A stretch of 46,264 bases of DNA from an uncultured Muribaculaceae bacterium (GTDB taxonomy: Bacteria > Bacillota_I > Bacilli_A > RF39 > UBA660). The stretch covers positions 7,732 to 53,995 of the forward strand of contig CAYMEJ010000001.1 of NCBI GenBank assembly GCA_964389735.1, read 5' to 3'. Below, piece after piece: positions 1 through 8,050 of the stretch. Made by a program: the position numbers and the translations under genes. Each line of letters begins with the position of its first letter. Position 1 is the first letter of the stretch. The notes under the pieces are model-generated. The model ran no database searches. It was not told the origin of the DNA and saw only the letters and a program-made list of their open reading frames with translations.

Positions 1-1
1 G

Positions 2-703
2 TTACAATAATGGGACATGTTGATCATGGTAAAACAACATTATTGTAACTACTGGTGGTCTTTCTTCAAGATTTTCTTCATTATCAACTATTTCATACAT
101 TTCAAAATTAGATATATCTTGTGTTTCTTCTTGCTTTAATGTCTTATCGTAATCTACTACTAATAATTCTGCTACATCGAATGCTACTGAATTATTTAAA
201 CTAGACATTATACCTAATCCCATTAATTTTTTTATTAATTCACTTGGTGCTACATCTAATTCATTTGCTAATTCACTTACAGTCATATTATTTTTATATA
301 ATATTACATTTTCTAAATCTGAATCATCATTAGTCATTAATTTATCACGATGTTTATACATCTCTTTTTTATCTTGTTTAAAGGTGTCTTTTTCTTCTTC
401 AGTTTCCTTTTTTGGTTCTTTTTTAGGTTTTACTTTTTTTACATTTTCAGTTACTAATTTAGTTTCATTTGCTAATTCTTCTACTTTTTCGAAAAATTCA
501 TCATCATTGTATTCATTATCATCTTCATCTTCATTAACAATATAGTCCTCGTTATCTTGTATTTCATTATCTAATATTACTATATCATCTTCGCTAAGCA
601 TATCATCAGCATTTTCTACCTTAATACTTAATTTATTACATAATTCCATTATTTCTGAAACTGTTTTCTTAACATCATCTGCATATTCTAAAACGCTCAT
701 CAT
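2..703 (-). CDS. infB: translation initiation factor IF-2, N-terminal part (partial, broken at window edge)
   Basis: It follows nusA-ylxR as expected. The N-terminal region is acidic and Lys-rich and ends in ERPPVVTIM, the lead-in to the G1 motif. The last ~12 codons of the tracked ORF are an artefact of the fold-back at nt 1-48. RBS AAGGAGGGTGA lies upstream of the ATG at 703. Confidence 0.8.
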   Translation of the reverse strand: MMSVLEYADDVKKTVSEIMELCNKLSIKVENADDMLSEDDIVILDNEIQDNEDYIVNEDEDDNEYNDDEFFEKVEELANETKLVTENVKKVKPKKEPKKETEEEKDTFKQDKKEMYKHRDKLMTNDDSDLENVILYKNNMTVSELANELDVAPSELIKKLMGLGIMSSLNNSVAFDVAELLVVDYDKTLKQEETQDISNFEMYEIVDNEENLEERPPVVTIMLFYHDQHVPLL

Positions 704-721
704 ATATGATCACCCTCCTTC

Positions 722-1282
722 TTATTTGTTTAATTTTTTTTCATATTTAACTATTTCAATTCCGCTTTCTTCAAATAATTCTTTAGCAAGTTTATCACTA
801 TAATCACTTGCATAAACAACTTTTTTGATTTCTGCATTTATAATCATTCTTGCACATATTGAACAAGGATAAGTATTAACATAAAGCGTTCCACCTTTAA
901 TTTTGTTTCCATCTGTTGCTGCTTGAATAATTGCATTTTGTTCAGCATGTACTGCTCTACAAAATTCTTGTTGAGTTCCTGATGGAATGTTGTTTAATTG
1001 TCTCATACATCCGCCCATATCTGAACAATGTTTTAATCCTTTAGGTGCTCCATTATATCCAGTTGTTTTAATTTTATTATCAACTGTAATAACTGCTCCT
1101 ACTTGTCTTCTACAAGTGCTTCTTAAACTAACATCTTCTGCTATATTCATAAAGTATTCATCCCAAGAAATTCTTTCAGTTTCCTTTTTAGTATTTCGTT
1201 TAAACTCTTTTTGTATTTCTTGATACATTCTTTCAGCTTCTTTTTCGCTTTCTTCACTTATTTTTTGTTCTATTGTTTTCAT
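722..1282 (-). CDS. comEB: dCMP/CMP deaminase (ComEB-type zinc deaminase) with a charged N-terminal extension
   Basis: The zinc motifs HAEQNAI and PCSICARMI (HAE...PCxxC) are present. I prefer the start at MKTIEQK (1282), preceded by GGGGGA, rather than the tracked start at 1303. Confidence 0.8.
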   Translation of the reverse strand: MKTIEQKISEESEKEAERMYQEIQKEFKRNTKKETERISWDEYFMNIAEDVSLRSTCRRQVGAVITVDNKIKTTGYNGAPKGLKHCSDMGGCMRQLNNIPSGTQQEFCRAVHAEQNAIIQAATDGNKIKGGTLYVNTYPCSICARMIINAEIKKVVYASDYSDKLAKELFEESGIEIVKYEKKLNK

Positions 1283-1283
1283 T

Positions 1284-1553
1284 TTAAATCCCCCCAGACT
1301 CAATAATAGTTTTTATTTCCTCATATATTTCATTTGGTATATCGCATTCTAAATGTCTTTCTAATGCTTTAGATTTAATTGCTTTATTTAAAACTTCAAT
1401 ATCTTTTTTAATATATGCTCCTCTTCCATTAGCTTTTCCACTTAAATCTATAATAACTTCTTTTTCTGGTGTTCTAACTATTCTTAATAAATCTTTTTTT
1501 TCATATTTTTCTCTAGTTACAACACAAGTTCTTAAAGGTACTTTTTTATTCAT
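1284..1553 (-). CDS. ylxR: YlxR/RnpM family (DUF448) RNA-binding protein
   Basis: MNKKVPLRTCVVTREK...GRGAYI is the typical YlxR signature. It sits directly after nusA. The start at 1553 is 2 nt after the nusA stop, so the tracked start at 1604 would overlap nusA. Confidence 0.8.
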   Translation of the reverse strand: MNKKVPLRTCVVTREKYEKKDLLRIVRTPEKEVIIDLSGKANGRGAYIKKDIEVLNKAIKSKALERHLECDIPNEIYEEIKTIIESGGI

Positions 1554-2616
1554 TTCTGAAATTAATTCCTGCTTCTCTTGCTTGTTCAGTATTTTTAATG
1601 TCAATTCTATAATGTGTTAATTTTGAAGCAAGTTTTGCATTTTGTCCTTTTTTACCAATAGCAAGTGAGAAATTATCATCATCTGCTACTACTAAAGCTT
1701 CTTGTTTTTTAGGATCCATTATTAATACATTTAAGTTTTTAGCTGGTGATAAAGCATTTTCTATAAATATTGATGGTTCTTTATCATATTTAATAATATC
1801 AATTTTTTCTCCACCAATTTCTTCTAATATTCTAGCTATTCTAGTTCCTTTTTCTCCAATGCATGCTCCAATTGGATCAACTTTAGAGTTTTCTGAATAT
1901 ACAGCAACTTTACTTCTTAATCCAGCTTCTCTTGCTACACTATAAAGTAATACTGTTCCATCTGTTATTTCTGGAATTTCTAGTTCAAATAATCTTTTTA
2001 AGAATCCATAATGTGTTCTTGATAATAATATTAATAATCCTTTTCCATTATTATCTACTTTTGTAACATATACTTTTAATTGTGATCCCATAACTATTTT
2101 TTCACCTGGAATACATTCTTTTTTAGGTAATATACCATTACTTCTTCCAAGGTTAATATAATAGTTATCAGTATCTTCTAATTCAACAGTACCTATTAGT
2201 AATTCATCTTGTTTATCTCCAAAATCTGACATGATACTATTTCTTTCAGCTTCTCTTATTTTTTGTACTAATACTTGTTTTGCAGTAGAAGTTGCTACAC
2301 GTCCAAATTCTTCTTTTGGAGTAATTTCTGTATCTATTGTATCTCCAATATTATAAGTTTTCTTTATCTTTCTAGCATCTTCTAATGATATTTCTAAGTA
2401 TTCATCTTCTACTTCTTCAACTACTTCTAAGTATGAATATACTTTAATGTCTCCAGTTTGTTTATCTATTACTACTTTAACATTTGGAAGTGAATCAAAT
2501 GCTCTTTTATAAGCAGCAATAAGAGCTAATTCCATAGCTTCAAATATTGTTTCTCTATCGATTCCTTTTTCTTTTTCTAAAGCATCTACTGCTTTAATAA
2601 ATTCTTTACCATTCAT
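1546..2616 (-). CDS. nusA: transcription termination/antitermination factor NusA
   Basis: The N-terminal domain, S1 and two KH regions are recognisable (GDxxxG, VKVAVYS..., GACIGxKGxRI, AIGKKGQNA). It sits between rimP and ylxR. Confidence 0.92.
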   Translation of the reverse strand: MNGKEFIKAVDALEKEKGIDRETIFEAMELALIAAYKRAFDSLPNVKVVIDKQTGDIKVYSYLEVVEEVEDEYLEISLEDARKIKKTYNIGDTIDTEITPKEEFGRVATSTAKQVLVQKIREAERNSIMSDFGDKQDELLIGTVELEDTDNYYINLGRSNGILPKKECIPGEKIVMGSQLKVYVTKVDNNGKGLLILLSRTHYGFLKRLFELEIPEITDGTVLLYSVAREAGLRSKVAVYSENSKVDPIGACIGEKGTRIARILEEIGGEKIDIIKYDKEPSIFIENALSPAKNLNVLIMDPKKQEALVVADDDNFSLAIGKKGQNAKLASKLTHYRIDIKNTEQAREAGINFRNE

Positions 2617-2617
2617 T

Positions 2618-2869
2618 TTATTTTACATCTCCTTTTGATTTTGCATAAATGTCTAGAATATAATTATCTAATTTTAAATCCATCTTATCTATTATTGGAT
2701 TTATTATTCTTGTTGCCATAACAACTGTATTGATTGGAATTATGTTTTTACTATCTAGTACTATTCTTAAAAAATTATTACTTTCTTCTTTTTCATAGAT
2801 TACATCATCAATAAATACTTCTAATTTATCTAGTTTATCTCCGACTTGTTCTATTATTTGTTCTTTCAT
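2618..2869 (-). CDS. rimP: ribosome maturation factor RimP, short form (N-terminal domain only)
   Basis: It lies immediately upstream of nusA (1-nt gap) and has RBS GAGGAGG. The sequence looks like a RimP N-domain, but it is only 83 aa. Confidence 0.55.
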   Translation of the reverse strand: MKEQIIEQVGDKLDKLEVFIDDVIYEKEESNNFLRIVLDSKNIIPINTVVMATRIINPIIDKMDLKLDNYILDIYAKSKGDVK

Positions 2870-2880
2870 AATACCTCCTC

Positions 2881-2911
2881 AAATATAAAGAGTGGGCTTA
2901 TTCGTCCACTC
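2881..2911 (-). promoter_or_regulatory. 5' leader hairpin (GAGTGG-N10-CCACTC) followed by TTTATATTT, upstream of rimP-nusA
   Basis: A 6-bp GC-containing stem and an interrupted T tract read directly on the minus strand. It sits between the putative -10 and the rimP RBS. Confidence 0.35.
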
Positions 2912-2924
2912 CTTTCTTAGTTAG

Positions 2925-2933
2925 ATTATAACA
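2925..2933 (-). promoter_or_regulatory. extended -10 element TGTTATAAT for the rimP-nusA-infB operon
   Basis: The minus strand reads ttgTGTTATAATc about 55 nt upstream of the rimP ATG. The -35 is weak. Confidence 0.4.
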
Positions 2934-3043
2934 CAAAATTGTAATATAGACTAGAAAAAGTTAATATTTTATTTATATTTATGTAAATTATTGAAAGTTT
3001 ATGTTAAAATATTAATATAGTTTAATAGAATTGAGGTCATAAT

Positions 3044-4003
3044 ATGGATGATGTTTATACAAATATAATTAATAATGTAATAGTACCTTTAATTATTACT
3101 ATTGCTCCTATATTTATCTTAAAATGGAAAAATGGTATCAAAAAAGATAATAAGAATGGATTTCTAATTGCTATTTGTTGGGGTATATTAGCTATTCCTA
3201 TTTCATTTATACTTGTTTCTTTAATAAAGGAAAAATTCATTTTAGAGTTAGTTATTGCTATTATATGTGGTGGTTCATTATTTAATTATTTTATATTAAA
3301 AGATTATTTTGATATTAAAAAGATTCCACTTGGTATATTAATATTTATATCATTTTTCTTTATTACAGTTTTAGAATTGATTGTTGCTACTTTATTAAAT
3401 ATTAATATAAGTACTATTGATATAAAAACTGAAATATTATTACAAACTATTATAGAAATATTATTTATTGGTTGTTATATTCTTATATTTAAAAAGATGT
3501 TTACTAAAATGTTTAAAGATTTTAAAAAAAATTTTAATAAGTATTTAGATATTGGATTTAAATATTGGTTCTTAGGAATTGCTATTATGATTGTTTCAAA
3601 TTTATTAATTATCTTTATTACTTCTAAAACTGTATCTAATAACGAGAATGCAGTTCAATCTATTATTAAAGAGGTTCCTCTTCTAGCATTGCTTTCTACT
3701 GGTATTATAGGTCCTTTTGTTGAAGAGATATGTTTTAGATTTAGTTTTAAAAAATTTATTAAAGATAAATGGTTATTTTGTATAATTTCTGGTTTAGTAT
3801 TTGGACTTTTACATATTATATTTGCTAATCCTACTTTAGTAGATTTCTTATATGTAATACCTTATGGTTCACTTGGTTTCTTCTTTGCATTAATGTATTA
3901 TGAAACTGATAATATATTTACTAATATAATGATGCATACTTTCCATAATTTTGTTTTAACTTCTTTTTCCATAATTACCTCTATTCTTATGGTGGTGATT
4001 TAG
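3044..4003 (+). CDS. CPBP family intramembrane glutamic endopeptidase (CAAX protease/Abi-like)
   Basis: It is polytopic and carries the three CPBP motifs: EEICFR (EExxxR), FGLLH (FxxxH) and HTFHN (HxxxN). RBS TTGAGG is present. Confidence 0.8.
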   Translation: MDDVYTNIINNVIVPLIITIAPIFILKWKNGIKKDNKNGFLIAICWGILAIPISFILVSLIKEKFILELVIAIICGGSLFNYFILKDYFDIKKIPLGILIFISFFFITVLELIVATLLNINISTIDIKTEILLQTIIEILFIGCYILIFKKMFTKMFKDFKKNFNKYLDIGFKYWFLGIAIMIVSNLLIIFITSKTVSNNENAVQSIIKEVPLLALLSTGIIGPFVEEICFRFSFKKFIKDKWLFCIISGLVFGLLHIIFANPTLVDFLYVIPYGSLGFFFALMYYETDNIFTNIMMHTFHNFVLTSFSIITSILMVVI

Positions 4004-4927
4004 ATGGGAAGAACTGATTTAAATAAAAAGTTACAAGATAAAATATTTGAAGAAGAATTAGAAGAATTAAGAAAGAAAAAAAGAAAAAGAAGATTTATAT
4101 TTTGGTCAATATTTATTTTATGTATATTAGCGTTTTTCAGTTATATGAGATATATTGGTACTTCAGGTTTAATAGTAAAAGAATACACTGTTAAAAGTAG
4201 TAAAATTCCTAATAATTTTCATGGATTCAAAATAGTACATTTTTCTGATTTACATTATGGTTCTACTATTAATGAAAAAGAATTAAAAAAATTAGTTGAT
4301 AAAATTAATTTGATAAAGCCAGATTTAATAGTATTTACAGGGGATTTGATTGATGAAGAATCAGATTTTAGTTCAAGTGATGCTAATATTGTTAAGAAAT
4401 ATCTTAATAAATTAGAAGCTTCTACTGGTAAGTATGCAGTTAAAGGACAACATGATTATTCTAAAGATGCTTTTGTTTCTATATTTAATGAAACAGATTT
4501 TATTACATTAAATAATACTTATGATTTAATTTATTATAAAGGATATGATCCTATTATTATTACTGGTATTAGTAGTTCACTACAAAATGATGATGATATT
4601 GATCAAGCTTATAATTATTTTAATATGGAAACTGCTAATCAAAATTTATATACTATATCACTATTACACGAGCCTGATACTTTAGATGAAATATTACAGA
4701 AGTATAATGTTGATTTAGCACTAGCAGGACATTCTCATAATGGTCAAATAAGAATTCCATATTATGGTGCTATATTTAAAGTAAATGGTTCTAAGAAGTA
4801 TTATAATGAATATTATAAAGTAAATAATACTAAATTATATGTATCTGGTGGTTTAGGTACTAGTTCATATAAACTTAGATTATTTAATAGACCAAGTATT
4901 AATTTATATAGATTATTATCAAAATAA
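4004..4927 (+). CDS. membrane-anchored metallophosphoesterase (YkuE-like)
   Basis: It has an N-terminal TM segment followed by the calcineurin-like motifs HFSDLHYG, GDLID and GHSHNGQ. The ATG directly abuts the upstream stop. Confidence 0.8.
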   Translation: MGRTDLNKKLQDKIFEEELEELRKKKRKRRFIFWSIFILCILAFFSYMRYIGTSGLIVKEYTVKSSKIPNNFHGFKIVHFSDLHYGSTINEKELKKLVDKINLIKPDLIVFTGDLIDEESDFSSSDANIVKKYLNKLEASTGKYAVKGQHDYSKDAFVSIFNETDFITLNNTYDLIYYKGYDPIIITGISSSLQNDDDIDQAYNYFNMETANQNLYTISLLHEPDTLDEILQKYNVDLALAGHSHNGQIRIPYYGAIFKVNGSKKYYNEYYKVNNTKLYVSGGLGTSSYKLRLFNRPSINLYRLLSK

Positions 4928-4949
4928 AAAGCACTAATGTGCTTTTTTA
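4926..4949. terminator. bidirectional rho-independent terminator
   Basis: aaaaagcac-taat-gtgcttttt is flanked by A and T runs. It lies between convergent genes. Confidence 0.7.
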
Positions 4950-5455
4950 TTATATTTTAATATTGTTAAAAATGCTGACATAGCTTTTATTGCATCGCTT
5001 CCAGCTGTTGCAAATGCTCCAACTATTATGTCATAAGATACCCACATTATACCAATAAAAATTGTTACTACTCTAAATATGGTTAAGTTATCTTGCCATA
5101 TTGAATATGAATATACTAAAGATGCTACTACAGGTACTAAACTATAAATATCTTTATATGATATTGCTGTAGCAATAATTGCCACAATAGAATATATAAT
5201 TAACCAAATAATAGGTGTTTGTTTTCCTTTACTTTCATAATATAAGAATACTATATTACGAAGTGCAGCTAATCCTAATAAATATGCAGCTGATAGAGCA
5301 TCTGCCCCTAGTAAGAAATAGGATATAGAAAATAATACATTAGATATTGTATGATAAATTAATATATTTATTTTTTTATTTTTTGTATTTCCTAATACTT
5401 CTAGAATAAAGGCTATTACTGCAATTATTTGTGCTAGTATTATCATTATCATCAC
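4934..5455 (-). CDS. YgjV-like inner membrane protein
   Basis: 173 aa, five or six TM segments, no other motif. The family call rests on overall resemblance only. Confidence 0.4.
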   Translation of the reverse strand: MMIMIILAQIIAVIAFILEVLGNTKNKKINILIYHTISNVLFSISYFLLGADALSAAYLLGLAALRNIVFLYYESKGKQTPIIWLIIYSIVAIIATAISYKDIYSLVPVVASLVYSYSIWQDNLTIFRVVTIFIGIMWVSYDIIVGAFATAGSDAIKAMSAFLTILKYNKKAH

Positions 5456-5477
5456 CTATTTTATATTAACATATTTA

Positions 5478-6587
5478 TTATGCTTTGTAATTAAAATTAA
5501 GTGGTTTTAATTCTTCAAGTGTAAACATACCATCTTTTCTTATTAAGACATCATCAAAGTATATTTCTCCTCCACCATATTCTTCTCTTTGTATTAATAC
5601 CATATCCCAATGAATACTTGATAAATTTCCGTTGAAACAATCTTTATATGCTCTTCCTGGAGTAAAATGTAGGCTTCCTAATATTTTCTCATCATATAAT
5701 ATATCGCCCATAGGTTCAAGTATTTTAGGGTTAAATCCTAATGAAAATTCTCCTACATACCTAGCACCTTCATCAGTGTCAAATATTTTATTTAATTCTT
5801 CATCACTTTCATCACATGTAGCATTTATTATTTTCCCATTTTCAAATACTAGTTTTACATGATGATATACGTTTCCATTATATGGACTTGGTGTATTATA
5901 TGTAATAGTACCATTTACACTATTCTTTACTGGTGCAGAATATAACTCTCCATCTGGAATATTTTTTTCTCCTGTACATGGAATACTACCCATTCCTTTA
6001 ATTGAGAAAGTTATATCAGTACCTTCCCCTACTATTCTTACTTTATCTGTTTTATCCATTAATTTTTTTAATGGTTTAATAATATTACTTAACTCTCTAT
6101 AATCTACCGTCATTACATCAAAAGCAAATTCTTTAAATTCATCTATTTTCATATTTGCTTTATATGCATCTAATTCTGTTGGATAATTTAATAATACCCA
6201 TTTTCTTTCATTTATTTTTGTGTCATGAGATTGTGCTAGTGCTGCTCCAACTTTTCTTAATACCTCTGGAGGAACATTTTTTGATTCATAATCATTAATA
6301 CCATATCTAATTATTATAAAACAATCAAAATTTTCTATTTCAAATTCACTATGTTTTTTTAATAATTCTATTCTTTCATCATTTGTATTTTCTGAAAGAT
6401 ATGCTCCTATAATAGGATCATTATAATTTACATAAGGGATTCCATTTTTACTTACAATTTCCTTTATTAATGCTTTAATTAAATCTCTTGGTACCATACT
6501 TTGACAAGTTATCAGTACCTTTTCACCTTCTTGTACATCTACAGAATAATTTACTATTGTACTAGCTAATGCTTTTATTTTGTCCAT
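5478..6587 (-). CDS. aminopeptidase, M29 family (AmpS/PepS/aminopeptidase T-like)
   Basis: The M29-typical N-terminus is present (LASTIVNYSVDVQEGEKVLI), together with the PDGELYSAP and HWDMV segments. It is about 370 aa. Confidence 0.8.
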   Translation of the reverse strand: MDKIKALASTIVNYSVDVQEGEKVLITCQSMVPRDLIKALIKEIVSKNGIPYVNYNDPIIGAYLSENTNDERIELLKKHSEFEIENFDCFIIIRYGINDYESKNVPPEVLRKVGAALAQSHDTKINERKWVLLNYPTELDAYKANMKIDEFKEFAFDVMTVDYRELSNIIKPLKKLMDKTDKVRIVGEGTDITFSIKGMGSIPCTGEKNIPDGELYSAPVKNSVNGTITYNTPSPYNGNVYHHVKLVFENGKIINATCDESDEELNKIFDTDEGARYVGEFSLGFNPKILEPMGDILYDEKILGSLHFTPGRAYKDCFNGNLSSIHWDMVLIQREEYGGGEIYFDDVLIRKDGMFTLEELKPLNFNYKA

Positions 6588-6641
6588 TGAGACACCTCCA
6601 ATATTATTTTAACATAAAATACTCTAGAAAGGAGTTTTTTT

Positions 6642-6884
6642 ATGTATTCATACAATTATAATATGTACGATAAAAGCAAAAATATGTATCCATATGGTAC
6701 AGATGAAAGATTTTTTGGTGGTGGTCTGCTAGCACCTTTAGTTGTTGGTGGTATTGCTGGATACGCAATAGGAAATAATAATAACAATAATTGTTGTCCT
6801 CCAATTTATTATCCTACGCCATATTATCAACCATACTATAATAATAATTATTACTATCCTTATAATAATTTTTATAGAAAATAA
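6642..6884 (+). CDS. small Tyr/Asn/Pro-rich protein with one central Gly-rich hydrophobic segment
   Basis: RBS AAAGGAG lies 8 nt upstream. The gene is flanked by a divergent upstream gene and a strong terminator. The composition is extreme: an N6 run, a CC pair and YY/PY repeats. Confidence 0.55.
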   Translation: MYSYNYNMYDKSKNMYPYGTDERFFGGGLLAPLVVGGIAGYAIGNNNNNNCCPPIYYPTPYYQPYYNNNYYYPYNNFYRK

Positions 6885-6906
6885 AAAAAGCACATATGTG
6901 CTTTTT
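6885..6906. terminator. bidirectional rho-independent terminator
   Basis: aaaaagcacat/atgtgcttttt is a perfect palindrome between convergent genes. Confidence 0.7.
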
Positions 6907-8029
6907 AAATGACTATTTTATTTCTACCATGTTCTTTTGCATTATATAGATTGTCGTCTGCTCTTTTAATAAAATCTTCTAAAACTTCATTTCCCTCATA
7001 TTCTGATATTCCACCACTTACAGTAATAATTGCATCAGTATTTCTTATCTTTAATCTTTTAGAAATTCTTTCTCTTAATTCATCGCCTAATTCAAGTGCT
7101 TCTTCTTTTGATGTGTTAGGCAATAACAATAGGAATTCTTCTCCACCATATCTTGTTAGAATACTATCTTCTGGACTATTATTTCCTATTATTTTAGTAA
7201 ATGCTTTTAATATTTCGTCTCCTATTTGATGGCCATATGTGTCATTTATATTTTTAAAGTGATCTAAGTCAAACATAATAATTGATAATTTTTTCTTTTC
7301 TTTTTTTGTTTCTTCTATTAATTTATTAAGTGCTTCTACCATATGTTTTCTATTCCAACATCCGGTTAAAGCATCTGTTACTGACATTCTTTTTAGTGAA
7401 TTATTTAGTTCTTTTAATTGAATATTTTTTCTTTCATATAATTTTACAATAGTTGCAAAACTTATACTTATTGTAAATATTACATAGAATAAAGCTTCCG
7501 CTAATAATAAGAATTCTACTCTATTAGTAATTGATTCTGTTGTCTTTCTATCTAATACTGCAATATCAATATATAAAAGTACTGTATATATAATTAATTC
7601 TGCTGCTATTAAAGCTTTTCTTTTTCTTCCTCTAAATAAATATACAGTAGATAATATTGCTAATATATAATAGAAATATATTTGAGCAGGTACACTTGCG
7701 AATCTACTATATACAATTATTGTTAAATTTGCTAGTAGACAAAAAATAGTTGAAGCAAGTTCAATTTTTCTTGTTCTGTTTGCTCTAAAAAATATTAATA
7801 ATATCACTATAATTAATGGTATTTTAAATAGTAATACTGATTTATCTAAATTAAATAAAAATGTTGTACATACATTACCTGTTAAAATAAACACAAGTGA
7901 TAAACATATTAAATTAAATATTCTGTTTTTAAGTGTCCTATCACTTCCATATGTGTTATCAATCATCGTAGTTATTTTGTTAAGTATTGTTCCTAATAAA
8001 TCAGTTGTGAATAATGTCTTTTTTTCCAT
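6905..8029 (-). CDS. membrane-bound diguanylate cyclase (GGDEF domain)
   Basis: There are about 6 N-terminal TM segments, a coiled linker, then a GGDEF domain with an intact RYGGEEF active site and DxLT. Confidence 0.85.
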   Translation of the reverse strand: MEKKTLFTTDLLGTILNKITTMIDNTYGSDRTLKNRIFNLICLSLVFILTGNVCTTFLFNLDKSVLLFKIPLIIVILLIFFRANRTRKIELASTIFCLLANLTIIVYSRFASVPAQIYFYYILAILSTVYLFRGRKRKALIAAELIIYTVLLYIDIAVLDRKTTESITNRVEFLLLAEALFYVIFTISISFATIVKLYERKNIQLKELNNSLKRMSVTDALTGCWNRKHMVEALNKLIEETKKEKKKLSIIMFDLDHFKNINDTYGHQIGDEILKAFTKIIGNNSPEDSILTRYGGEEFLLLLPNTSKEEALELGDELRERISKRLKIRNTDAIITVSGGISEYEGNEVLEDFIKRADDNLYNAKEHGRNKIVI

Positions 8030-8050
8030 ATCTTTTTTACCTTTAAGAAA

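Noticed and set aside
987-1223. Many 60-130-aa ORFs in the track lie antisense to long genes. Examples are 987-1223, 3055-3240, 5632-5862, 6909-7229, 9113-9358, 12288-12500, 13508-13702, 15067-15270, 20773-20982, 24385-24600, 28074-28316, 30392-30790, 31743-32309, 34648-35033, 37162-37389, 40697-41080, 41303-41611 and 42195-42440.
   Set aside because: They lie fully inside well-supported genes on the other strand and lack an RBS. Their Leu/Phe/Ile/Ser-rich low-complexity translations are typical of the antisense frame of AT-rich coding DNA.
2618-2869. The short rimP as a frameshifted pseudogene.
   Set aside because: The ORF ends 1 nt before the nusA start, so there is no residual sequence that could encode the missing C-terminal domain.
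6775-6800. The AAT/AAC run (Asn6) as a microsatellite or contingency repeat.
   Set aside because: It is short, only six codons with mixed AAT/AAC. It sits in frame within a generally Asn/Tyr-rich ORF and is not a clean tandem repeat.
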